DNA of 63,920 nt, the filler included, from Reclinomonas americana ATCC 50394 (taxonomy: Eukaryota), in the NCBI GenBank assembly GCA_048213135.1. It is 28 parts of 28 records of this genome, joined end to end, with 100 filler letters (N's around TTAATTAATTAA, not from the genome) between each part and the next. Parts side by side here need not be neighbours in the genome. Positions count along the whole stretch, not along the records: positions 55,180 to 56,440 come from AFZH01024739.1; positions 56,541 to 57,692 come from AFZH01024740.1; positions 57,793 to 60,758 come from AFZH01024741.1; positions 60,859 to 62,062 come from AFZH01024742.1; positions 62,163 to 63,920 come from AFZH01024743.1; 23 more parts are not named here. The stretch is one strand, 5' to 3'. Positions 55,180 to 63,920 of the stretch are shown piece by piece. The translations under genes and the position numbers were made by a program. The notes below the pieces were generated by a model. That model was not told where the DNA came from, did not search any database, and worked only from the letters and a program-made list of their open reading frames with translations. Numbering within the stretch: position 1 is the first letter of the stretch; every line of letters begins with the position of its first letter.

Positions 55180-55401
55180 CAACAGCTCGTTCATCGACGC
55201 GCACCCGAACGACCGAGCGAAATCGACATCGGTCGATGCGACTGTCTCCACGACCAGCGCATCGACCACCCGCTGCACGTCGCCCGCCGCGCGAAGCAGC
55301 TCCATCTTCTCGGCATTCGACAGCACTCGAACGGCATCCGCACGCAGTACTCCGCGGACGTCGGGGACGACCCGATCGAAGATCTCCGCGGTGCTGTTCA
55401 T
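55180..55401 (-). CDS. DUF222/HNH (13E12-repeat-type) protein, N-terminus (actinobacterial)
   Basis: LSNAEKMELLRAAGDVQRVVDALVVE...FARSFGCASMNELL resembles Microbacterium DUF222 N-termini. Confidence 0.6.
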
Positions 55402-55554
55402 ACCCCCATTCAACCGAGGGCCACCGACATTCAGACCTCGAAATCTCCCAGTTCAGGGCAATATTCCAGTACTCCCGCAACAGCCAGTTCCCCTCCACAG
55501 AACACCCACCAAGACGGCTCGCTCACACTCCCGCGCCCTCACTAGGGTGGACGG

Positions 55555-56082
55555 ATGACCGCCCCGCTCGAAGTCCGCGACGGCCGCGCCGACGACGCCG
55601 ACGATGTCGCCCGCATCCACGTGCGCTCCTGGCAGACCGCCTAACGCGGACTCATCGATCAGGACGTGCTCGACTCCCTCTCGATCCCGGATCGCGCCGC
55701 CAATTGGAGGAGGTTCATCGCCGAACCGCTGCCCACCGGCCTCGGCATCCTGGTCGCCGTCCGCGATGACCGGATCCTCGGCTGGGCATCGTTCGGCTCA
55801 GGGCGAGACGAGGACGGCTCTGCCGACGGCGAGATCTACGGCATCTACGCCGACCCCGATGCGTGGTCGACCGGCGTCGGCCATGCACTCCTCACGACCG
55901 CAGCGGAGCGGATCATGGATGCCGGCCACACCCGCGCCTACCTGTGGGTGCTCGACGGCAACGACCGCGCCGATGCCTTCTACGAACGCCACGGTTGGGA
56001 GCTCGACGGCGCCACGAAGGTGGACGAGCGGCCGAATCTCACGCTGAAGGAGCACCGGCGGGTCAAGGTACTCGCCGGCTGA
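55555..56082 (+). pseudogene. GNAT acetyltransferase with an in-frame TAA at 55642-55644 (pseudogene or read error)
   Basis: DVARIHVRSWQTA*RGLIDQDVLD (the family has AYRG here), EIYGIYADPDAWSTGVG, LWVLDGNDRADAFYERHGW. Confidence 0.75.
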
Positions 56083-56540
56083 GGCGTTTTCGTCACTTCG
56101 ACCCGATCCACTCGAGCACCGCTGTGCACGCCCGCGCTCCCGTCGCGAAACCGCACCTGAGACAGGCGGAAACTCCTGTCATCTCGCGACCGGAACAGCC
56201 AGAAGGAACCCGCGCCAGCCAACGGGAGCCCGCCCCTGCGACTCACGCTCGATTTGACCCCGCGCCGCCCAGCGCATAAATTACGAATCGGTAACGGTGG
56301 CATCCGGGGGATCGACCGCCGAGTACACCCGCCTCCGGAAGGACCCGTCACGAACTCCCTGCCAACCGAGCCCGCCCAGGGTGCCTCGGAACCAGCCACC
56401 GACATCTCCGACTCGCAGCGCCCGCTGTTGCGCCGTGATCNNNNNNNNNNNNNNNNNNNNNNNNNNNNNNNNNNNNNNNNNNNNTTAATTAATTAANNNN
56501 NNNNNNNNNNNNNNNNNNNNNNNNNNNNNNNNNNNNNNNN

Positions 56541-57692
56541 CCGACCCGAGCACGCGGACGAGCTGCGCCTCGAGCGCACGCCAGGCGCCGAGCTCATACG
56601 ACAGCACGATCAGGATCGGCGAGCTGACGACGATCAGCAGGCACGCCCAGAGCGGCCAGCCGAGCGCAGCGCCGATGATCGCGACAACGGGCAGCGCGAT
56701 CACGGAGATCTGCAGCGGCGAGTTCTTCGGGAACTCCGAGACGAGCCAGGCGTGCAGCAGATACAGCGTGACCATGAACGCGAGCACCGGGAGCGCGATC
56801 GACGAGATCGCCGTCAATGTGCTCACGTGATAGTGCTCGTCGTAGACGTAACCGACCACATGCAGGCCGGCGCCGACCGCGGCGATCGCGGCGAACAGCA
56901 CGATGTGGCCGTATCCCCACACGAGCGCCTTGGAGCGACGCACCGCGAGGATCGGCGCGCTCGGCACCATGAAGTACACCCACCACAGCGCGAACGCCAT
57001 CACGATCCCGAGACCGATCACCGCGATGGACGAGACCGACCAGCCCTCGGCATCCGTCACCGCCTGCGCGGCGACGAGTGTGCCGAACACCGTCTCGCCG
57101 AGCGCGATGATCGCGAGCAGCGCGTAGCGCTCGGCAATGTGATGCGGATGCCACGGGGTGGCGCCTCCGCCATGACGGAAGCCCTTCGTCTCCGCGATGA
57201 TCGGGCTGGCCCAATCGATCGTCGAGACGACGAGTGCGCCGATCAGGAACCCGAACGGATCCAGCGGAAGGAAGATCAGTACGACCCAGCCCACCTGGGC
57301 GATGCCGATGACCATCGCGTAGGTCTTGGCGACGGAGCGATACTTCGGGTTTCCGTGCGCCGCGCGCCACCACTGGGCGATCACCGCGACGCGCATCACC
57401 ACATAGCCGGCGACCATGACCTCGTTCGCGATCTGTTGCCCGCGCTCCAGCGAGGCGAACACCTGAGGAAGCGCGATCGCGAGCACCACGACACCCGCCA
57501 TCTGCACCATCGTCAGCACGCGGAACAGCCAGTCATCGGTGTCGAACGCCGAGGCGAACCACGAGTAGTTGATCCACGCCCACACGATCGCGACCATCGC
57601 GAAGCAGAAGCCGCCGACGCCGGCCGCGATGTCTCCGTGCGCGATCGCCGAGGCGAGCTGGTTGCCGGCGACCCCGAACGCGGCGACGAACG
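56541..57692 (-). CDS. ltrA: Low temperature requirement protein A (LtrA), partial
   Basis: WAWINYSWFASAFDTDD, TPWHPHHIAERYALLAIIALGE, WWVYF, WGYGH. Confidence 0.93.
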
Positions 57693-57792
57693 NNNNNNNN
57701 NNNNNNNNNNNNNNNNNNNNNNNNNNNNNNNNNNNNTTAATTAATTAANNNNNNNNNNNNNNNNNNNNNNNNNNNNNNNNNNNNNNNNNNNN

Positions 57793-60758
57793 ATGCACGC
57801 CACCCGCAATGCTGAATGTCGGCGTCTGTCCCGTGTTGAGATCCACCATACTCAGGGTGCCCACCGTGAACGGCACCGTCGCACTCGAGTACGTCTGCGG
57901 TCCCGACAGCAGAATGTCGCTCGGACCAACGCTCCCTGCACACCTCATTCGTTTAGCTGACACAAGCATACACACTCATTCACACACATGCTTGCATACA
58001 CACATACATACACACAGATGGAGAGAGAGAGAGAGGGAAGAGAGAAAGAATAACAACATGAAAGCAAAAGAAGCAAAGCTCTGATCTCCACACATAAGCA
58101 AACAAGGAAACAACGGCCGAATGCTCCCTGCGCTCTCCCTTACCCCCATTCCTCACCAATGGCGAACGCAGACACCGCCAGATATGTCTTGGCTGGCGCC
58201 CATCGCGTGCACAGTTCGTACGTGCCCACAGCTGCACCCGCCGCCCCAATCGTCAGCGTGATGCTGGTCGCGCTGCCGAATGTGCTGCTGACGCTGGTGC
58301 TGGCCACGGCTGTCGGCGGTGTCGTGGCAGCACAAAGCGGAGTGCCCAACACATATGCCGACGTGTCGGCCGAGGTGTTCACCAGCGCGGTTCCTGTCAG
58401 CGTCACCACTTGGCCAGCCAGTGCCGACACAAAGGTGGCCGACAGAGACGTCACAGTGGGCGCTGCATGCGAGGTAATCAGCATCATCATGCAAGAACAT
58501 CAGGCACAGTCAGAATGGCACGCAACCAGCAATGTTGAGGGTCTGGTCAAACGACATGGCGGGGTTGCCATTGTCGGTCGTCCGCACAATCACCACCAGC
58601 GATGCCGTCACTCCCGCATTCACAAACTGCAGTTGGTTACCAGACGCAATCGTCACCAACGCGCTGCTCGCACCACCAACCACCGAGTACGTGAACGACT
58701 GCTGCGAGTCCACGTCATTCGTGCTCATCGTGCCGATCGCCAGTCCTGCCGTGCTGGGTGGAAAGTACGAGCTCGCACTCAGTGTCACCGCCGTCGGTGC
58801 ATTGTTCACTGTAGGAAGACAAGGTCAGCATCCACGCAGAGAAACACACAACAGTCTCAATCATCCACTCACCCGACGTCACACTGAACGACTTGTCGAC
58901 AAACATCGGTGGAGTGCCATTGTCAAACGAGCGGATCGAGACGGCTAGCGGACTTCCCGACTGTCCCGCCGACGTGATCTGCAACTGCACGCCTCCTCCG
59001 CCCAGGGAGAAGACGCCGCTGTTCGCGCCTCCGATGATGATGTACGTGTACAACTGGCTCCCATCGCCGTCTGTGGTGCTCATCGTACACACGGGCATGT
59101 TGGCCGTCGACGGTGCGACATAGGTGGCAGAGCAGACAATGTCGGTCGGCGTCGAGTTGGAGGTGGTGAATGACATGGTTGACCCGATGAGAGTGCTTGG
59201 CACAGTGGACGAGGAGATGGCACGGAAGTAGTACGTCCAGTTGGCGGCGAGCGATGTGAGCGACAAGGTGAGAGAGGTGCTGGAGGCGACACCGGAGGTG
59301 GCCGGGGTGGCCGAGATGGCAGTGGTGGAGCCGATGGTCAGTCGGCGAATAATAGAATTAGTAAATTCTACGTGCAACAGGGTTAACAGTCAGCATACGA
59401 AAACTGCACTGTCTGCCGGCAACTTCTTACCTCCGATGTATAAGGTGGAAGACGCAGCGTGGTACGCCATGAAATGCTGCGCTCAACAGGACGCGCATGC
59501 CAAACAGTCAAGATCTCAAGCTTCGGGCCAGTACAAGATAGAAAAAGACAAGAGAATGGTCATACCGGCTTACTCAACCGAGCAGTCGTGAGTGGGTTCC
59601 CATCAGCCGACCCACCAGACCCAGCAGTGCCGGCCATGGTAGTCACGACACCCGTGCTGATAACGATCCGCCGGATCGTGTGGTTGTTCATCTGCAGACA
59701 CCACGTGCACGTCGGTAAGCAGACGACAAGTTGCAAAGCATACAATTCAGCACGCAACATCGGCAACGTAAAGAACCCCTCGTGCTCGATCAACCTGGAT
59801 GCCAATTGGTTGGCTGAACAGAGCCGCGGTGCCCGTGGCGTCTGTCGACCCGGCAGCTCCGGTCAGCGAGCCGGCCAGGGTCGACACAGTCATCGCCAGC
59901 ATGTCGATCACACGAAAGACGTGACGAACTCGATCCGCTGTTCACCAACGAATGATCATGAGTACACCTCCTTGCATGGAACGTACATCTACAAACATAC
60001 ATACATACACGTACCGACATACAGCCGGTTGGCAGTCGAATCCAATGCAACACCAGATGGACCACCAAACCGTGCTGTTGTTGCACATGCTCCATCAACG
60101 GTACCCGACGATCCAATCGTGCCGCAGTACGTCGTGACCTCGCCGCCGTATGTGACCTGAAGAGTGACACGTAAGTACTTGATGAGGAAGCACTGTAGTC
60201 AAAGAACGCAAACACCTTTCTTACAGCCGAGTTCGACACGTCTCCAACATACATCACTTTGTTGACCGAGTCAACTACAATGCCATGTGGAGAATAAAAT
60301 CTCGCACTCGACCCGGTGCCATTTGCAGAGCCGGAAGACCCATTGCCAGCCAGAGTCGACACAAAGCCAGAAGGCGTGCTCATACGGATTGTCTGGCTAC
60401 CGTTCTGAAGCGCCTGATAATGAGACCACGAAGCGAGTAGTAGAACGGACTGCTTGGTGGACGACTCAACACTCAACATCAGTATTGTACAGATATCCGG
60501 TGGTCAGGTCGAACGACAAATCGAAGGGCCAGTTGAATCGCGCGGCATTGCCGATTCCATCGACCAGGCCTGCCGCTCCGGCAGTTCCCAGAAACGTCGA
60601 CACCACACCTCCACTTGTCACTCGCCGAATCGTGTGATTGTAGATATCACATACGAATGCAATACCCGAAGCGTCAAACGCAATGCTCTGTCACGTCGAC
60701 GCAAGCGTGTGAGACAGGCTTACGTGGTAATAAGCGCACTCTCATCAGACGAACCGTT
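57793..60758 (-). CDS. Large surface protein with NHL repeats and cadherin-like domains, multi-exon, partial (eukaryote)
   Basis: NHL: VSTLAGNGSSGSANGTGSSARFYSPHGI; YVAD|MNNHTIRRI; VTTMAGTAGSGGSADG. Cadherin-like: NSTPTDI...TMSTTDGDGSQLYTY...IRSFDNGTP; NNAPTAVTLS...GTMSTNDVDSQQSFTYS...VRTTDNGNP; GPSDILLS...GTLSMVD. Confidence 0.8.
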
Positions 60759-60858
60759 NNNNNNNNNNNNNNNNNNNNNNNNNNNNNNNNNNNNNNNNNN
60801 NNTTAATTAATTAANNNNNNNNNNNNNNNNNNNNNNNNNNNNNNNNNNNNNNNNNNNN

Positions 60859-61319
60859 CATGCCGAATACGCCGTCCACCGTCCGCAGGGGCGTGGCGGG
60901 ACTCGCTGCCGGAGCATCCGCGACCGCCGAAGACCTGGCGCTCGTCCGTCGCCTCTTCGAGACCGTCGGCGCGGTCGTCGAGGTGCCCGAGTCGCAGATC
61001 GACGCGCTCGGGGACGATCTCGGGTTCCGGCCCCGCGTACGTGTACCTGCTGATCGAGGAGTTCACCAAGGCGGCCGTCGGGCTCGGCTTCAGCGACGCC
61101 GATGCCCGACTGATGGCCGAGCAGACGTTCATCGGCGCGACAGCGCTGCTCGAGGCGTCAGGAGAGGATCCTGCCGAGCTGCGGCGCCGCGTCACGAGCC
61201 CGAAGGGCACGACCGAGCGCGCGATCGCCGTGCTGCAGGACGCCCGGCTCGACCGCACATTCTCAGATGCGGCCGCGGCGGCTCTCGCCCGCTCCAAGGA
61301 GCTCGCGGCAGGAGCCTGA
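60859..61319 (+). CDS. proC: Pyrroline-5-carboxylate reductase, C-terminal part, with a +1 G frameshift at 61010-61013
   Basis: MPNTP...VPESQIDALG / TISGSGPAYVYL...LRRRVTSPKGTTERA...ARSKEL. Confidence 0.93.
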
Positions 61320-61322
61320 GCG

Positions 61323-61610
61323 ATGCGGCTGCTGATCGCGGGGGAGATCTGGTATTGGCGCGGCCCCGCGCCGTTCCACTTCGTGACCGTGCCGCCCGCC
61401 GAGAGCGAGATGATCCACGAGATCGCTTCGGTCGTCACCTACGGCTGGGGGATGATCCCCGCGACCGTCACGATCGGCGCCACCACCGTGACGACGGCGC
61501 TCTGGCCCAAGGACGGCGGTTACATCGTGCCGATCAAGAAGGCACTGCAGGACCGTGAGGGCGTGACCGTGGAGGACGTCGTCGAGGTCGCCCTCGACAT
61601 CGACGCCTGA
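61323..61610 (+). CDS. DUF1905 domain protein
   Basis: WYWRGPAPFHFVTVP...YGWGMIPATVTIG...TALWPKDGGYIVPIK. Confidence 0.85.
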   Translation: MRLLIAGEIWYWRGPAPFHFVTVPPAESEMIHEIASVVTYGWGMIPATVTIGATTVTTALWPKDGGYIVPIKKALQDREGVTVEDVVEVALDIDA

Positions 61611-61618
61611 CGGCCGGC

Positions 61619-61690
61619 GGAATCAGGCGAACGCGCGGAATCAGGCCGTTTCATGGGGAATCGGCCTGATTCCCCATGATTGCCTGAATC
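61619..61690. repeat. Intergenic palindromic (REP-like) element / bidirectional terminator
   Basis: GGAATCAGGCCG...CGGCCTGATTCC (61637-61673) and TCATGGGGAATC-GGCCT-GATTCCCCATGA (61651-61679) between convergent genes. Confidence 0.6.
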
Positions 61691-61733
61691 GACGAGGCGC
61701 CGCGGGGCCCGGTGTGCGCGACCGGACGCCGGG

Positions 61734-62062
61734 TCAGCGGTCGAGGGCGGCGAAGCGCTCGATGTCGCTGTTGGTTCCCGACACGATGATGAGGTCGTGG
61801 TTGGTGACGATCGTGTTCGCCTCCGCATAGCGGAACGGCTTGCCGGGGCTCTTCACTCCGACGACGGTCACCTTGTACTTCGAGCGCACGCCGGATTCGT
61901 TGAGTCCGACGCCGCGGATGAACTTCGGCGGGTACATCTTGGCCAGCACGAAGTCGTCGTCGAAGCGGATGAAGTCGAGCATCCGGCCGCTCACGAGGTG
62001 CGCGACGCGCTCGCCGGCCTCGCGCTCGGGGTAGATGACGTGGTTCGCGCCGACGCGGGCGA
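61734..62062 (-). CDS. trkA: TrkA/KtrA potassium uptake regulatory subunit, C-terminal part
   Basis: ARVGANHVIYPEREAGERVAHL...RSKYKVTVVGVK...DLIIVSG. Confidence 0.88.
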
Positions 62063-62162
62063 NNNNNNNNNNNNNNNNNNNNNNNNNNNNNNNNNNNNNN
62101 NNNNNNTTAATTAATTAANNNNNNNNNNNNNNNNNNNNNNNNNNNNNNNNNNNNNNNNNNNN

Positions 62163-62588
62163 CACTCCGCCGTGCGCACGCAGAGGGTTGGTGTCTCCGG
62201 CAGCCATCAGCTTGGCCCGCAGTCCGAGCCGCCGGGAGATGAGCATGCCCATGAGCGAGGCGAGCGTCAGCACCCCGAGCGCACCGATGTTGACGCCGAT
62301 GAAGACGACCACGTGGCCGAACGGTGACCAGTAGTTCGCCATGTCGACGGTCGCGAGGCCCGTGACACAGATCGTCGAGACCGCGGTGAAGAGGGCGTCG
62401 CTCAACGGAGTGACCGTGCCGCTCGCCGAGGCGATCGGCAGGGACAGCAGCACGGTGAACACCAGGATGAGCAGAGCGAAGACGACGATCGCGAAGCGCG
62501 ACGGCGACGACGTGACGATGTGCTTGACCCAGTCGGCGACGCCTTCCAGGCGCTCGCGAGGAGACGACGCCGAAGCGATGCCCGACAT
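62163..62588 (-). CDS. TrkH/KtrB potassium transporter, N-terminal part
   Basis: LLSLPIAS...DALFTAVSTICVTGLATVD...WSPFGHVV...GALGVLT; RBS AAGGGGG before ATG 62588. Confidence 0.92.
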
Positions 62589-62691
62589 CGCGTCCCCCTT
62601 CGTCCTGCGCCTGCCCGCTGTGCGGTCACACGGCGCCTTTCGCCGAGCCTTCGTCATGGTACTCCGTGCCGGGGACGACTACCCTGATCTC

Positions 62692-63108
62692 ATGACGGAC
62701 ATCTTCGACGTGATCGCAGACGGTACGAGGCGCGACATCCTCCAGCTCCTGCTGCGACGCACGGCCGAAGGCGAGTCGGGCACGAGCGTGAGCCACATCG
62801 TCGCCGACCTCGGCATCAGTCAGCCCACGGTGTCGAAGCACCTCAAGGTCCTGCGCGACGCCGAGCTGGTCTCGGTGCGCGAAGACGGGCAGCGCCGCTT
62901 CTACAGCCTCTCCGTCGAGCCGCTCGAGGTCGTCGACGACTGGCTGGTGCCTTTCCTCGTCGACGCGTACGGCGACGATGCGCCTGACATCGACTACCCC
63001 GTCATCCCGCTGACCGACAGCGCCGCCCACGCGGCCGAGGTGGTCGGCCGTGCCGCGGCATCCGCCAAGCATGTCGTGACGTCTGCGCTCAAGCGCTTCG
63101 GCGCCTGA
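62692..63108 (+). CDS. ArsR/SmtB-family transcriptional regulator
   Basis: DIFDVIADGTRRDILQLL...LGISQPTVSKHLKVLRDAELV..REDGQRRFYSL; TACCCT -10 box 6 nt before ATG (leaderless). Confidence 0.92.
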   Translation: MTDIFDVIADGTRRDILQLLLRRTAEGESGTSVSHIVADLGISQPTVSKHLKVLRDAELVSVREDGQRRFYSLSVEPLEVVDDWLVPFLVDAYGDDAPDIDYPVIPLTDSAAHAAEVVGRAAASAKHVVTSALKRFGA

Positions 63109-63324
63109 CGGCATCCGCTCGGGCGGTCGCATTCCGCTCCGGACATGACTCGCCCCCGATGACAGGGGGGCATGTCATCAGGGGCGATCCGCGGGCCCCA
63201 GCCCGCGTGGACTCGGCGGTGCCGGCACAAGTCCTGCCGTCACCATCGCAGGTCTGGCTGGGTGGAAGGCCCGCAACAGCTATGCCTCAGCTGGGACTCC
63301 GTCCGTCCTCCGCGGTTCCCGGTG

Positions 63325-63920
63325 TCATCGGCGAGCGGCCTTGCGGCGGAAGAGCCATGCGCCCCACATCACCGCGACAAGAAGGATGAGCAGGCACCAG
63401 CCGATCGCCCACCACGGCTCGTCGTGCAGCGGCGCGTCGGTCAGCAGTCCGCGGATGGTCTCGACGATGGGCGTGATCGGCTGGTTGGCGGCGACGGGCT
63501 GCAACCACGCTGGCATGCTGGCCACGGGGACGAAGGCGCTGGAGAGGTACGGCAGGAACAGCAGCACGAAGCCGTAGCCGTTGGCCCCCTCGGGGCTGCC
63601 CGCGGCGAGACCGATCGCGGCGAACAGGTACGTGATCGCCAGGATGTAGAGCGCGATCAGACCTGTCAGGGCGATCCACTCCAGCAGCGTCGCGCTCGGC
63701 CGGAAGCCGACGAGGATGCCCACCCCGATCACGATCCCCGTCGCGATGAGGTTGCGCAGCACGCTGGCGACGACATGCCCGGTGAGCACGGCTCCGGCCC
63801 GCAGCGGCATCGTGCGGAAGCGGTCGATGATCCCGGTGCGCATGTCGTTCGCGACATACACGGCCGTCGATGATGCGCCGAAGCCCGCGCAGGTGAGGAT
63901 GATCCCCGGGACCACGTAGT
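63325..63920 (-). CDS. ABC-2 type (DrrB-like) exporter permease, 5'-partial
   Basis: VPGI...DMRTGIIDRFRTMP...LSSAFVPVASMPAWLQPVAANQPITPIVETIRGLL. Confidence 0.92.
   Translation of the reverse strand, partial: YVVPGIILTCAGFGASSTAVYVANDMRTGIIDRFRTMPLRAGAVLTGHVVASVLRNLIATGIVIGVGILVGFRPSATLLEWIALTGLIALYILAITYLFAAIGLAAGSPEGANGYGFVLLFLPYLSSAFVPVASMPAWLQPVAANQPITPIVETIRGLLTDAPLHDEPWWAIGWCLLILLVAVMWGAWLFRRKAARR

Noticed and set aside
55642..55644. TAA-to-Tyr recoding in the GNAT gene
   Set aside because: Single instance; TAA serves as a normal stop at 3764-3766 in a similar actinobacterial contig. A TAC>TAA error or nonsense mutation is more likely.
56752..57744. Long antisense ORFs over bacterial genes (also 4470-5462, 50780-51772, 46364-47446)
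   Set aside because: Shadow ORFs expected in high-GC coding DNA; the opposite strand carries the recognisable protein.
61005..61020. Programmed frameshift or phase variation in proC
   Set aside because: One extra G in a G4 run in a conserved biosynthetic gene on a short contig; with the MFS frameshift and GNAT stop in similar contigs, low-coverage sequencing error is more parsimonious. Raw reads would settle it.
3117..62162. Regularly recurring TTAATTAATTAA flanked by N runs, as a CRISPR or biological repeat
   Set aside because: Identical 100-bp artificial linker with six-frame stops; ORFs ending in XXXLIN are artefacts.

Overview
This is not one locus. It is a concatenation of 28 short contigs (1.0-3.1 kb) joined by 27 artificial 100-bp linkers (44 N + TTAATTAATTAA + 44 N), from at least three organisms. 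(1) An intron-rich, flagellated unicellular eukaryote: RRP4 with a U6 snRNA gene in its first intron, head-to-head with an RBM26/27-like gene; CFAP44; a kinase; STAND/NACHT-WD40 genes; a MORN protein; a Zn2Cys6 factor; PolX; cysteine synthase; an NHL/cadherin-like protein; and a CMC-type transposase. (2) A high-GC actinobacterium of Microbacterium type: MFS, SGNH, GNAT, LtrA, proC, Trk/Ktr, ArsR. (3) One or more Rhizobiales-like alphaproteobacteria: sugar ABC transporter, SixA-YcjX, nitrilase, catecholate siderophore genes, and a lambdoid prophage immunity region with a GapR homologue. The most striking signal is in the eukaryote's introns: at least 16 reading-frame-supported donors read GTTGCGT, GTTGAGT or GTTTCGT, i.e. 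the usual GTGCGT/GTGAGT/GTTCGT with one extra T at +3, so a one-nucleotide-shifted 5' splice-site class appears to be common. Other highlights are the intronic U6 and an NLR-like family of highly conserved WD40 repeats with hypervariable positions. All calls were made by eye from motifs; no database searches were run, and exon boundaries are predictions.
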